From Eledone cirrhosa (taxonomy: Eukaryota), in assembly GCA_964016885.1 (NCBI GenBank), contig OZ024747.1, positions 63,984,001-64,048,000 of the forward strand: 64,000 nt of DNA. Direction: 5' to 3'. The notes under the pieces were generated by a model. The model made no database searches, had not been told where the DNA came from, and worked only from the letters and a program-made list of their open reading frames with translations. Positions within the stretch are counted from its first letter, which is position 1; every line of letters starts with the position of its first letter. The translations under genes were made by a program, and so were the position numbers. Below are positions 1-12,842 of this stretch, in pieces.

Positions 1-217
1 TTTAAACCATGCTAGCATGGAAAAATGGACGTTATATGATTGATTATGATATGTGTATGGCTGTGTGTGTGTGTGTGTGTTAACCATACATCTATTCCAG
101 TATCTGTCTTCCAAGCACTTTTCCAGAATTTACATGCCATCTCTATAGCTACTTATAACTGTTATCTATACACTGAGATCTATATAATATCGATATAGCC
201 AGATCAATATCTCCCTC

Positions 218-218
<1 letters not shown>

Positions 219-253
<35 letters not shown>

Positions 254-291
254 ATATTATATATATATATATTATATATATATATATATAT

Positions 292-325
<34 letters not shown>

Positions 326-379
326 ATTATATATATATATTATATATTATATATATATATTATATATATATATATATAT

Positions 380-411
<32 letters not shown>

Positions 412-506
412 ATTATATATATATATTATATATATATATTATATATATATATTATATATATATATTATATATATATATTATATATATATATTATATATAT
501 ATATAT

Positions 507-541
<35 letters not shown>

Positions 542-812
542 ATATATATATATTATATATATATATTATATATATATATTATATATATATATTATATATA
601 TATATTATATATATATATTATATATATATATTATATATATATATTATATATATATATATTATATATATATATTATATATATATATTATATATATATATTA
701 TATATATATATATTATATATATATTATATATATATATATATTATATATATATATATATATTATATATATATATTATATATATATATATTATATATATATA
801 TTATATATATTA
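219..812. repeat. (TA)n microsatellite with periodic TT interruptions
   Basis: Directly visible. Confidence 0.97.
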
Positions 813-814
813 TA

Positions 815-861
815 TCATCATCATCACCGTTTTACGTCCGTTCTTCCACGCTAGCATGGGT

Positions 862-862
<1 letters not shown>
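815..862 (-). mobile_element. Very short 3'-tail stub of the RTE LINE/SINE-B family
   Basis: Reverse complement of aacccatgctagcgtggaagaacggacgtaaaacggtgatgatg matches the RTE 3' end at about 10630-10690. Confidence 0.75.
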
Positions 863-895
<33 letters not shown>

Positions 896-1129
896 ACACA
901 CACAAAAAAAAATATATATATAGAGAAACAGTGATATAGATAGATAGCCATGAAAATGCAAATGTAAAATGTGTTTATTATTATTTAAGCGAAGAAAAAA
1001 AGCATATTTTATTTTTATTTTAAATCATTATTAAATATTTCTTTATAGCTCTATATCATCAACAAACCATTTATTACTTTTTACTAGAAGGATATCAAAT
1101 TTTACTTAAGTTTACATCAAGTTCTCTTG

Positions 1130-1560
1130 CAGTACTGTTGTTGTTGGTGTTGGTGGTGGTATTGTGATGTTGTTGTTGTTGTTTCTATTGTAATGTTGTT
1201 GTTTTTGTTGTAATATTTCTTTTGTAAAGTTGTTGTAGTTGATTGCATTGTAATGTTGTTTGTTGTTTGTTGTTTTTGTTGTAATATTTCTTTTGTAAAG
1301 TTGTTGTTGTTGTTGTGATTGCATTGTAATGTTTCCTCTGTAAAGTTGTTGTTGTAATGTTCATGTTAAAATGGTGTTGCTGCTCTTGTTGTTGTTATTG
1401 TTTTGTTGTTGTTATTGTATTGTTGTTACAATGTTGTTGTTGCTTAGTGGTGGTATCATAATGCTGTTATTATTGATATTGTAATATTGCTGTTGTTGTT
1501 GTTGTTGTTGTTATTTCCATTGTAATGTTGCTATTGTTGTTATTGTATTGTTGTGTGTGA
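1130..1560. repeat. (GTT)n-rich low-complexity region with an internal ~78-bp duplication
   Basis: Directly visible. Confidence 0.85.
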
Positions 1561-2269
1561 ATATTTTATTTTTATCTTCCCAACACATCTCTTTAATTCT
1601 TATAATCCATGTTTTTTTTTCATCATAAAACATAATATCATTCTTTCTTTTTTTCTAATCTCAAATAGCATTATTGATGTTGTATGGAAACAAGCCTCGT
1701 AAAAATATAAACATAAAGATTTTAAAATATAAAATTGTTAGTAAAATATATCTAGTGCTCATAGAAAAAAAGCCTATTTTAGCCATTTTGATACTTACAC
1801 AAAGGAAATATCTACAACACATCTACAAAACCATGCTTATTTGTTCATATATGTTTTGGTGTTGCTAATATAATAACATAATCTTATATTTGGCTATTTT
1901 TAGAAACCTGCACAAATGCATTCTGTTTCTACAAAATTATACAATGCACAGTTATAGAAACATTTTGTGCTTATCTCATTCAGAAAAAGTACACTGTATC
2001 CCTGCATGTCACAAGAGGTGATTAAATACATTGGCTCCAGAAATGGCAGGTTGTAAAATATTAACACAAAAAGAAGCCTATGAGAACTATAAAGTTTGTC
2101 ATAGGGACCACAAGGCTAACCCATGTTTTAGCAAGGAAAAATGAACTTAAAACACTTTTTGATGTGTATTTATGAGACAAAAATTTGTTGGCCATTATTG
2201 ATTGGAGAGTACAATATGGTGAATATATATGTGTACTGAATACAAAAGATGTTTAACACTTTTATTACC

Positions 2270-2428
2270 ATACAACCAAGAAAGACCTGAAAGCTGACCT
2301 CAAATTGCTATGACTTAAGGAAGAGATGACACTAGAATGCAACAAGTGGAGAGATGACGTGCTGAGAAGGACCTGTCCAACCCATGCAAGCATGGAAAAG
2401 CAGGCATAAAAGCGATGATGATGATGAT
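2270..2428 (+). mobile_element. Degenerate RTE LINE 3' fragment
   Basis: ccaagaaagacctg...gtccaacccatgcaagcatggaaaag...(gat)n resembles the end of the RTE at 10170-10690. Confidence 0.7.
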
Positions 2429-2925
2429 CTCAAAGGCAAACAACTAGGATTTTCAAATAATTTTAGAAGACAGTGATTTAGTAAATGAAACTAACATTGT
2501 CAGTTTTAAGCTAGTATTTGGAGCATAAATTAACAAAGATGCAGGACAATGTGAACTTCTTCACTGCTCAAATAGTTGAGTATTTAAAGGGTTTCAATAG
2601 CTTGGGTAAAAGTGTTTTCCTATAGCTTGAGTTGATCAATACTTTGTGTGTAGAATTTTGTAAATGGAAACTGCAAAATCCTGTCATATATATATAAAGA
2701 TGAGAGACAATTTTAAATGTACATCCTCTGTTTATTATATAATCCTGTTATACGTATTTTGAAGACATCAAAGTGATTACATAATAACCCTTTGAAGTGT
2801 TCTCAGACATTTTAAGGAATACAAATCATTGAGTACTTTACATCTGTTTACGACAAAAGTTGGATTATCTGATCAACCAACTTTCCTAAATTGAATATAT
2901 ATATAATTGTATCTATATATGAATG

Positions 2926-2971
<46 letters not shown>

Positions 2972-3020
2972 TATCACATAAGAAACGGAGAATCAGTGGT
3001 GCGACGAATAAGATTTATTA

Positions 3021-3115
3021 GACATATTACAATCGTTTCTCTGGCGACCAGCACAAGGCACGATGGATGCAATGATCAAACCTGACTCTGAAATCACAAG
3101 ATCCTCAGATATGTC
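3021..3115 (-). ncRNA. Type I hammerhead ribozyme motif
   Basis: Minus strand reads gacatat-CTGAGGA-tct...aga-GAAA-cgattg-TA-atatgtc; 7-bp stem I, intact core, AATAAA follows. Confidence 0.75.
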
Positions 3116-3134
3116 TCGATTCTATGAGAATCAA

Positions 3135-3211
3135 GACATATCTGAGGATCTTGCGATCATTGCATTGATCGTGCCTCGAGCTGGTTGCCAGAGAAACACT
3201 TGTAATATGTC
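3135..3211 (+). ncRNA. Type I hammerhead ribozyme motif
   Basis: gacatat-CTGAGGA-tct...aga-GAAA-cacttg-TA-atatgtc followed by taataaa. Confidence 0.75.
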
Positions 3212-3504
3212 TAATAAATCTTATTCGTCGCACCACTGATTCCCCGTTTCTTATGTGATATTATACTTTGCTCTGTAAGAGCATCGAGTGCTCAAACAGC
3301 ATACTGCTTACGGAGGCTTTAAGCATCCCACACCAATTATATATATATATATATATACATAATTGTATCTATATATAAATGCTCAACCGTCATATGGAAG
3401 CATCTAAGCAAGCTTACCACAAATATATATATACATTATGAAGAGAGAAGAAACATTTAGATATAATTAGTAATAAAATGTATCATACCTAAACTGCTCC
3501 TAGA

Positions 3505-3596
3505 TTCCTCGACTACGTAGTTTCGTGGCATAAACAAAAACAATACATCATAAAGATATAGAGTCCTTGCGAGGTCTGCCGACTTATCAAGAGGAT
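3505..3596 (-). ncRNA. Degenerate hammerhead motif in a Penelope-pLTR-like fragment (about 3440-3790)
   Basis: Minus strand: tcctc-TTGATAA-gtcggca...tgccac-GAAAC-tacgta-GTC-gagga; palindromic loop III; TATA-like tataaata upstream near 3750; core mutated. Confidence 0.55.
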
Positions 3597-3882
3597 ACCT
3601 CATTTTACTAGTCTCAAGAACGCGTCTACACGACGTGAGAAAGAATCCCAAAAGGCGGAGGGGGAGATAGTCACGCGATATAACGGTCGAGAAACAGAGC
3701 TAAGCCTCTTATAACCCCGAAGAAAATACCACGGAGGCGGAGGGGGTATTTATATCGAAGCCGTAGAAGAGGTGGTGAAGGGGGCGAGATATATATATAA
3801 AAATGTGGGTATTAAATATTATCCAATTACAAGTATGAGAATAGCTCAATGTAAAATAAGTATATTACAGAGCTGAAATACT

Positions 3883-3967
3883 TTATAAATAATAATTAAA
3901 AAGTGTTTAAAACATTTAGTTATTTAATGATTTATATGTTTTAACCACTCTTTGATTATTATTTATA
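3883..3967. repeat. Short AT-rich imperfect inverted repeat
   Basis: tataaataataattaaaaagtgtttaaaacat versus atgttttaaccactctttgattattatttata. Confidence 0.6.
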
Positions 3968-3976
3968 ATATATATA

Positions 3977-4170
3977 AGGGCGGTGGATTGGCAGTATCGG
4001 TAGAGAGTCGGACACCATGCTTTGAAGCATAGAGTTACGTCCCTTTATGATCTGAGTTCAAATCCCGCCGAGGTTAACTTTGCCTTTCATCCTCACCAGG
4101 TCGATAAAATAAAGTAACAGTAATGTACTGGGTAATTGCTGGCCTTGTGCCTAAAATAGAAACAATTATT
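3977..4170 (+). mobile_element. tRNA-derived SINE, family A
   Basis: Box A tggcagtatcgg, box B gagttcaaatcc, core ctttgcctttcatcc...gtcgataaaataaagtac, tail aaacaattatt; more than 12 copies in the window. Confidence 0.92.
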
Positions 4171-4271
4171 TATAATATATATATATATATATTATCACCA
4201 TCATCATTGTCGTTATATATATATATATATCATCATCGTTTAATGTCTATCTTCCACATATATACATATAT

Positions 4272-4611
4272 CATCATCATCATCATCATTTTATGTCCGC
4301 TTTTCCCTGCTTGCAAGGGTGGGACGGGAACTGATTCTGGCTTGATTTCTACAGCTGGATGCCCTTCCTAACACCAACCTCATTTACAGTGAGTGCTGGG
4401 TGCTTTTTTGCCGTGGCACCTACACGACCACTTTGCAGTGGAATGATATGGACCCCAGTCCCTATAATCTCATTTCTACAGCTGAGTAAACTGGAGCAAT
4501 GTGAAATAAAGTTCCTTGCTCAAGGAAACAACACATCACCCGGTCTGAGAATTGAACTCACAACCTTTCGATTGCAAGCCCTATGCTCTAACCACTAAGC
4601 CATGTGCCTCC
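4272..4611 (-). mobile_element. tRNA-derived SINE, family B, with RTE-derived 3' tail
   Basis: Head ggaggcacatggcttagtggttagagc...gagttcaattc; tail shared with the RTE LINE 3' UTR; ends in (ATG)n. Confidence 0.92.
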
Positions 4612-4780
4612 ATTATATACATATATATACACACACACAATCATCATTTAGCATTCATTTCCCATGCTGGAAAGGGAGGATAAGTTGCCACAAACCAATT
4701 CAGTACTTAATGGAGCTACTAACTTTGCAGTTAGTAGCAATTTTAAATCAGAGATTTTTGCTACCAATTTTACATGGAGA

Positions 4781-4954
4781 CAGTGATGGTTTTACGATTG
4801 TGCTTAGCTCTGCTCGAGTACAGGGCCCTAGTAGTCGGGGGGGGGGGGGACCCCACCTTCCTGCCAAACATTCTTTTTACCTCCTTCAAGACCCAAGTAA
4901 GGGGCCTCATAACTTAACTTACACAGGGCTTCATTTATCTTAAATCCGGCACTG
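4781..4954. mobile_element. hAT-type MITE with 8-bp TSD
   Basis: TIRs cagtgatggtttta / taaatccggcactg; TSD catggaga at 4773-4780 and 4955-4962. Confidence 0.8.
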
Positions 4955-5879
4955 CATGGAGAGACAGAGTGTATAAGGTTTGGCGAGAATATAAATGATT
5001 GAGAACATTTTAAAGATATAACTTTAGATGTTTTTATGAAGGCGATCTAAAACTAGGTATAATAGGAAATATACAAGCAACATCTATTAGAGATATAGAA
5101 TGTAAGGTTATACAATATATTCAGTTCATTGCAAAATACCATCATGATATGGCTTCAGATTAAAGACTAGAATTTCTTTAACAAAGATATCAAGAAGACA
5201 TATATAGGGAGCCATAGATTATGTGTATGTGGGTGTGTATGTATGTGTGTGTGTGTGTGTATCAATATATATATATAGTTGTCTGTATATACGCATACGG
5301 ATTCATGTATGCATACATCTTCATATAGCTTAGTATTAACTCCATAAAAATACCACCACCACCACTACCACTACTACTACTACAAAATTTATCAACATTA
5401 TATATTTATTATATATCTATATGTATATATATAATTTAATGTCCATTTTTCCATGCTAGCATGGGTTGGACAAGTTTTCACAGATCAATTGAGTATTTAA
5501 TTAGCGTTACTGTCTCTGAGCCACATCTCATATATATTCCACATTTGAGTTTAACATAATTTATACAACTAGATATCTTTTCTATCACTAACCACTTTAC
5601 AAGCTGTACTAGGTGCAGGTTTTGATGGCACTCACAGTAAAGGGGTTGTCATGTACTTGACACACCTGAAGACAGTTGTCAATCCCTTGTTTGAAAATAT
5701 ATGTAATCATCATCATCATCATTGTTTAATGTACATCTTCCTTGCTAGTAAAGGTTTGATGGGTTCTCACATACCATGTCAGTACCCGATTGGAGTTACT
5801 GACTTCTCAAAAAGCCAAGGGCCGGCTCTTTACTGAGCTTACTATGTATATTTTATAATGGCATCAACACTAGAGAGGT

Positions 5880-6068
5880 CAGGGATGGATTTAATGGAGG
5901 GCAAAGAGTGCAATTGCCCCAGGCACCTGGCAGGGGGAGGTTACCAGCGATAGCCATAGCAATTTATTTGTGCTGTCAACGGGGCTTTTTGCTGTGTTTT
6001 CTGATTTTTTTATATGAACCCCCCCGACCTGAAGTGCCAGAGCACCCCAGGGTCTAAATACAATCCTG
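5880..6068. mobile_element. hAT-type MITE with 8-bp TSD
   Basis: TIRs cagggatggattta / taaatacaatcctg; TSD agagaggt at 5872-5879 and 6069-6076. Confidence 0.8.
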
Positions 6069-6369
6069 AGAGAGGTTGTCATATCTCTGACATAACTGAA
6101 GAGTTCTCTTAATAATTTGTAGTAACCATATTACATAACATTATGTTGGCTACCACCTGGTTTCATAGCTAAACATATCATTTTGTTTGAGATAATATAC
6201 CTCTACTTCTGTTCTATATTCCACAGGCCTTAATGTTTACAAATAGTTGACCGTGAGAAAAGATTTGCATATACTTAGATAACTAGAATAGTGATCTCAG
6301 GTAAACTGCTAGGTAAAAGGTGGGTAAAAGCTGGGTAAAATCATGGGCAAAATAGTGATTGTATACAAA

Positions 6370-6559
6370 ATAATTGTTTCTACTTTAGGCACAAGGCCAG
6401 CAATTACCCAGTGCATTACTGGTACTTTATTTTATCGACCCCGTAAGGATGAAAGGCAAAGTCAACCTCGGCGGGATTTGAACTCAGATCGTAAAGGGAC
6501 GTAACTATGCTGGAAAGCATGGCATCCGACTCTCCACCGATACTGCCAATCCACTGCCC
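6370..6559 (-). mobile_element. SINE family A, full length, with TSD
   Basis: Matches 3977-4170; flanking direct repeat attgtatacaaaataat at 6358-6374 and 6560-6576. Confidence 0.92.
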
Positions 6560-7496
6560 ATTGTATACAAAATAATGCTTTGTGGACATATTTGTGAGTA
6601 AAAGTGTGAGAAAAAACTGTGAAAAAATAGTGCTCATGGAGAAAATGTTGGGTAAAATTGTGGTTAAATAATGGGTAAAATAGTAGATTGTGGGTTAAAA
6701 TATGGGTAGTTTTGTAGGTAAAAATCATTATGGATAAACTGGCTAAAATTGTGGCTGATTAAGATGGGTAAAATAAAGATGAAATGATAGGTAAAATAAT
6801 GAATTTAGGGTAAAACAGTGGGTAATCCTGGAAAAATTGCGGGTAAATGATTAGGGATTAAATAGAGAATGTAGTCTTTATATATGGATTGTATTCGAGT
6901 ATAAATACTTATCACTGGTAGTATTTGTCTTGTTTGCATCAGTGTCCATTCTCTCCTTCCATTCTTATATTCATATTTTATCATTATAAATGTCAATACT
7001 TAACATCTATCAGCTGTCAGCTTATTTTACTAACATTCTGCTCAATCTAATAACATGGGATTTAAACCCGCCACACACACACACACTCATTATTACCATC
7101 GTTTTTATGTACGTTTTTCCTTGTTTTTACACAACAAAAAATAAATGGAATCTTGAAGTATGTTAACCCTAAAAATAACTAGTAGGTGTATGTACATATA
7201 CATAAACATACATATAGTTTCAGGCATGGCTGGATTTCACTTCATAACTATGTAGTTTCAAGTTCTATCCCATTCTACAGCATCTTTGGCAAGTGACTTC
7301 TACTATAGCCTCAGCATGACTGATGTCTTGTGAAATCTGGTAGGGAGAAACTACAGTCACCCCTCATTGTGTGTGTGTGTGTGTGTGAGAGAGAGGGAGA
7401 GGCTGGCAGTATTTTTGTTTCTGTCCTATAATCTAGCAGTGAGACAACTAGAGAATAAGAAAAGTTTTAGACTTGAAAGAATTAGAAGTCAGGTCG

Positions 7497-7551
<55 letters not shown>

Positions 7552-8713
7552 GATCTGTAACTCTTGGTAGAGTTGTAGGTACACTGTAGTGACCTACAAC
7601 ATTTCTTGGGTATTTTGTTTTGAAACCTGGCAGAGTTCATTTCTCTCTCCAGATCTGAATATGGCCAATTTCGTCGAGAGTAAGGATAGAGAGCAAGTGA
7701 GAGAACAATATGGAAGTAGAATCAACCCCAGTACTGGACTGGTATATTTTTTTATCCACCTTAGAAGGATAGAAGACAAAGTTGATCTTAGCTGGATTTG
7801 AATTCAGAACATAGATAACCAGAACAAATATTGCGATGGACTCTCACAATTTCCATATACTGTGGTCGATATGATCAAGTAAACATCTTTTAAGGTGGTG
7901 CCTCAGTATGGCCATAGTATAATGACTGAGACTAGTAAAAGAATAAAAAAAATATCAGGATATTTTAATTTTCAAGATGATAGGAGAAACAGTGGTTCTT
8001 TACACTTTGAATTGTCGTAAATATGGTCGTCAAGATAACAAATATCAATACATTTTTTTAAATACTAATTAAAAAATGCTGCAATTACCTCAACTGACCA
8101 GATAAGACCGTATCTATATTGTCTTGTTTTTTTTTCTAAACAATTCAAAAGCATGTGGTTAGCTAAGCAAATATCTTAATGACACACCCATCCTTTCAGA
8201 TAAAAGACCACGTCCACTATGACATGTTAACATAGATTTTTAAAAAAGATACAACGAAATGCTAAAAAGCATCAATACAATGAGGATAAAACGATTATTA
8301 ATAATATTGGTAATTCTTTTTGTTTTTTTTTGCTTTTGGCATCACACTTTTTTAAAATACAATTTTTTCTTGTTTGTTTAACATGAAAATCCTGTTATAT
8401 GAAATTAAAAAAAAAATTCACCATTGAATCATAATGGTTTATATTGGTGAAGTTGATAGCGCTATATTATAAGATCACAAACAAAGGCTTCTCTCAATTG
8501 ATATCAATATTTTGAAGTAGGAAACTGTACAAACGATGCTTCTTTGAAAGAAACAATATAGTGGACAGCCACAATTATTCCTGTACAAGGATCACTTAAA
8601 GTTTTCATTGGAACCATAAATAGATAGATACATAGTCAGACAACAATAGGAGAAAACAAGTTTATACACACAAACATACACACACATATATATATACATA
8701 TATACATACACAC

Positions 8714-10695
8714 AAGTGCGTCCTTAATGATGATGGTGTACTTGCCATCACTGACGCTGATAAGAAGGTAGCTTGGAAGTGTCACTACGAAAGGCTACTA
8801 AATGAGGAGAATAATTGGGAAAAAGACAGTCTCCCCCACATCGACCCAATAGAGGGACCACCAGTGCAAGTTGAAGGTAGTATAATAAGTAAGGCGATCA
8901 AAGACGGGCAAGGCGGCCGGGCCTTCGGAAATAGTTGCTGAAATGCTGAAAGCATCTGGAATGGTGGGACACACTATGGTCACCCGGATAGTAAACGAAG
9001 TCATACAGAATGGGGTCGTTCCGAAGGACTGGCGCAGCAGCATCATCATTAACTGCTACAAGGGTAAAGGTGATGCCCTAGATAGGGGAAACTATAGAGG
9101 CATTAAATTAATCGACCAGGTCATGAAGGTCACAGAAAAAGTAATAGCGCAACTAATCAGAGAGCAAATTGATCTAGATCAAATGCAGTTCGGGTTTGTG
9201 TCAGGTAAAAGTACCACAGACGCTCTTTTCATTGTACGACAACTACAGGAGAAGTACCTAGCTAAAAGTAAACCCCTATACTTAGCTTTTGTTGACTTGG
9301 AGAAAGCCTTTGACAGAGTACCCCGCTCGATTATCTGGTGGGCCCTTAGAAAACTAGGTGTTAAAGAATGGCTTGTGAGAGCTATACCAGCCATGTATAA
9401 AGAAACAGTCAGCAAGGTTAGAATTAACAACGAATATAGTGAAGAGTTTAGCGTAAAAAATTGGTGTTCATCAGGGCTCCGTCCTTAGCCCCCTACTATT
9501 TATTATTGCCCTTCAGGCTATAACAGAGGAGTTCAAGACCAGCTGCCCATGGGAACTCCTATATGCAGATGATCTAACGCTCATAGCTGAATCAATGGCT
9601 GAACTAGAGAAGACATTCCAAACATGGAAGCATGGCCTAGAATCAAAAGGTGCTCTGGTGCAATAAGTAGCAGCAAGTGCCCACAGAATACTAGCTCATT
9701 CCATTGCACAGATGGTTCTATAGAAATAGTGGACAGCTACCGTTACCTGGGTGACAAAATCAGCAGTGGGGGAGGGTGCTCTGAAAGTACAGTAGCTAGA
9801 GTCAGAACGGGATGGAAAAAGTTCAGAGAGCTTATACCACTATTGGCCGCTAAAGGGTTCACTCTAAAAATGAAAGGCAGGCTGTATGATGCCTGCATAC
9901 GAACAGCAATGTTACATGGCAGTGAGACCTGGGCATTGTGTGCAGAGGATATACGCAGACTGGAGAGAAACGAAGCTTGCATGCTCCGCTGGATGTGTAA
10001 TAGTAATATACGTGAACGGCAAAGCATAAACGAACTAAGGGAGAAATTAGGAATAAGATGTTGTTTACTCGAGAGAAGACTACGTTGGTATGGTCACGTG
10101 ATGCGCATGAAAGATGACAGCTGTATAAAAAAGTGCAGGGCGATAAAAATAGACGGTAGCCATGGAGTAGGCAGACCCAGAAAAACCTGGGACGACTTGA
10201 TAGATTCTGACCTCACACACTTACACCTCTCCAAGACAATGTCATTGGACCGAGATCTTTGGCGTTACACAGTTATACAGAAGACCCGCCTTGCCTAAGT
10301 ACAAAGCGAAACCTACAGTCAGTAGGCACCTCTAACAAAATACACCCCATCCCAATACCCTCACCCCATCCACACCACCCCCTTAAATGTGAAGTTATGT
10401 TGGTACCACAACATCCAGTCCGAAACAAATAAGGTCGTGTAGGTGTCACGACAAAAAAACACACAGTCCACGCTGTAATGTGGCCATGTAGGTAACACGG
10501 TAAAAACCTCCCAGTCCACACTATAAACGTGGTTGGTGTTAGGAAGGGCATCCAGCCATAGAAAACCCGCCAGACAGTCCTATACGAGCAGGACAACCAA
10601 TCTTGCTTCAAGTGGGAAAATTCCCGTCCAAACCCATGCAAGTGTGGAAGATGGACGTTAAACGATGATGATGATGATAATGATGATGATGATGA
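8714..10695 (+). mobile_element. 5'-truncated RTE-clade LINE (RT region plus 3' UTR), frameshifted and internally deleted
   Basis: Motifs KGKGDALDRGNYRGI, QFGF, FVDLEKAFD, GVHQGS, LLYADD (9562-9573), YLG, RRLRWYGHV, GRPRKTW; frameshift near 9455; (GAT)n tail. Confidence 0.95.
8943..10298 (+). pseudogene. RTE reverse transcriptase, disrupted
   Basis: ORFs 8943-9488 and 9624-10298 plus the intervening frame carrying YADD. Confidence 0.9.
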
Positions 10696-10718
10696 CATAT
10701 ATATATATATATATACTT

Positions 10719-10758
<40 letters not shown>

Positions 10759-10759
10759 C

Positions 10760-11045
10760 CATCATCATCATCATCATTGTTTAACGTCTTTCTTCCACAC
10801 TAGCATGGATTAGACGAGAATTGTCCCACTTGAGGCGAGATTGATCGTGTGTCTCGCTCGTATAGGACTGTGTCTGGCAGGTTTTTCTACGGCTAGATGC
10901 CCTTCCTAACACCAATCACATTTACAGTGAGGATTGGGAGCCTTTTTAGCATGTCTCCTACACGACCACTTTATAGCGTCGACTGGGTGCTTTTTGCACT
11001 GACACCTACACAACTACTTTGGTGTAGACTGGATATTCTGTGGTA
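10760..11045 (-). mobile_element. RTE 3'-UTR fragment, tail-to-tail with the preceding LINE
   Basis: Reverse-complement similarity to 10400-10690. Confidence 0.85.
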
Positions 11046-11279
11046 TCAATATATAAATATATATATCTATATATATATTTGTGTATATATATATATATAT
11101 GGTTTGAGCACTTAGTTGGAATTTGAAGGATATGGAGTTCAATGCTTTGTAGTGGCCACTAGCTATGTTTTTTTTACCCAAAAGGGGGGGATTACCTGAT
11201 ATTTTAAGCTATTATTCATAGAAATTGACTGTGTTTCCAGTTATTTTTCTGCATCTGGATTTCTTATATTTTCAAGGAA

Positions 11280-11324
<45 letters not shown>

Positions 11325-11327
<3 letters not shown>

Positions 11328-11530
11328 TCATTGTTTAACATCCATTTTCCATGCTAGAATGGGTTAGACAAGCTGTCCCTTTGTGAGACAAGCCCGGTCA
11401 GGGGACCTTGTTTTGCTCACATAGAACTGATTTTGGCTTGGCTTCTATGGCTGGATGCCTTTCCGAACACCAACCACATTTACAGTGTGTATTGGGTGCT
11501 TTTTATTGTGACACCTGCATGACCACTTTA
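11325..11530 (-). mobile_element. RTE 3'-UTR fragment
   Basis: ccatgctagaatgggtt and ggctggatgcc...aacaccaaccac motifs. Confidence 0.8.
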
Positions 11531-11573
11531 CACACACACATATATATGTTAAATGGTGATGATGATGATGTTG

Positions 11574-11604
<31 letters not shown>

Positions 11605-12260
11605 TATATATTGTTTTACCTGTTCAGCCCATAGCTTTGGTCATGCTGGGGTATCACCACTGATATAAATATATATGAATTATGTATATATATATATGAA
11701 TATGTATTAATTATAACTGATTTAGGAGCTTAAACAATGCATACAAATAATTAAAACGTAGTGTTTAATTCAAAATGATCAGTCTTGAAAGGCTTTCATC
11801 GGTTGATCACTATAACATTACTTTCCACACCAGGAACGTTTTGGTTAACAGCCCGACAGACCAGAATCAGATTTTGAAAGAAGCCGAAGCTTTAGTTGAA
11901 GTCATTTTAAAAGCAGTTAGAAGGTGAAAGAATAGATTATAGATGCCAGGGTATATTTTTCTGAGATTTAGAATTTGAAATGTAGAGAATATATGAACAG
12001 AAAACATGTTAGCATTGATTAATGGTTGAACAAGCCTTAGTTGAAGTGAAATGCCAGTCATAGTATTGTTTAGGTTGCTCCAAAACGATATGTGTTACAG
12101 TGATACTATTTAACAAACTGTAGCAATATATATATTACACTTAAATATGATGATCTGACATCAGGAAAGACATTGAGCCAAAGAAGACTGACCTCAAAAG
12201 TCTCATCTTAACACATGCAAGCATGAGAAAAACCGACTTAAAAATATTGATGATGATATA

Positions 12261-12381
<121 letters not shown>

Positions 12382-12384
12382 AAT

Positions 12385-12479
12385 GACCATCCTGATGAGA
12401 CAGCCAGTTAATTGCCAAAGCCTTTGGTATTCAGTATGGAACTAGCTATTGAAACGGCAAGAGCTCAGCTGTCAGGGTC
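12385..12479 (+). ncRNA. Hammerhead ribozyme motif
   Basis: gaccatc-CTGATGA-gacagccagtt...aactagctatt-GAAA-cggc-aagagctca-gctG-TC-agggtc; core intact, stems II and III recognisable, stem I imperfect. Confidence 0.65.
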
Positions 12480-12504
12480 TTGACTCTTTCATATATATAT
12501 CATT

Positions 12505-12842
12505 TCATTCATTTCATTTCATTTTTACGTCGGCTTTTTCCCTGATTGCAAGGATGGGACGGGAACTGATTCTGGCTTGATTTCTACAGCTGGATGCCCT
12601 TCCTAACACCAACCTCATTTACAGTGAGTGCTGGGTGCTTTTTTGCCGTGGCACCTTCCCAACCACTTTACAGTGGAATGATAGGTACACCAGTCCCTAT
12701 CATCTCATTTCTACAGCTGAGTTAACTGGAGCAATGTGAAATAAAGTGTCTTGCTCAAGGAAACAACACATCACCCAGTCTGAGTATTGAACTCACAACC
12801 TTTTGATTGCAAGGCCAATGCTCTAACCACTAATCCATGTGT
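12505..12842 (-). mobile_element. SINE family B
   Basis: Near-identical to 4272-4611. Confidence 0.92.

Larger units (their letters stand above)
2971..3338. mobile_element. Palindromic non-coding element (IR 2971-3261 plus one-sided tail), probably a Penelope pLTR derivative
   Basis: Arms of about 135-150 bp around a centre near 3125; flanked by (TA)n; one hammerhead in each arm. Confidence 0.8.

Noticed and set aside
6300-6860. Recurrent gggtaaaa motif resembling a telomeric repeat
   Set aside because: Irregular spacing and not TTAGGG; a decayed low-complexity repeat
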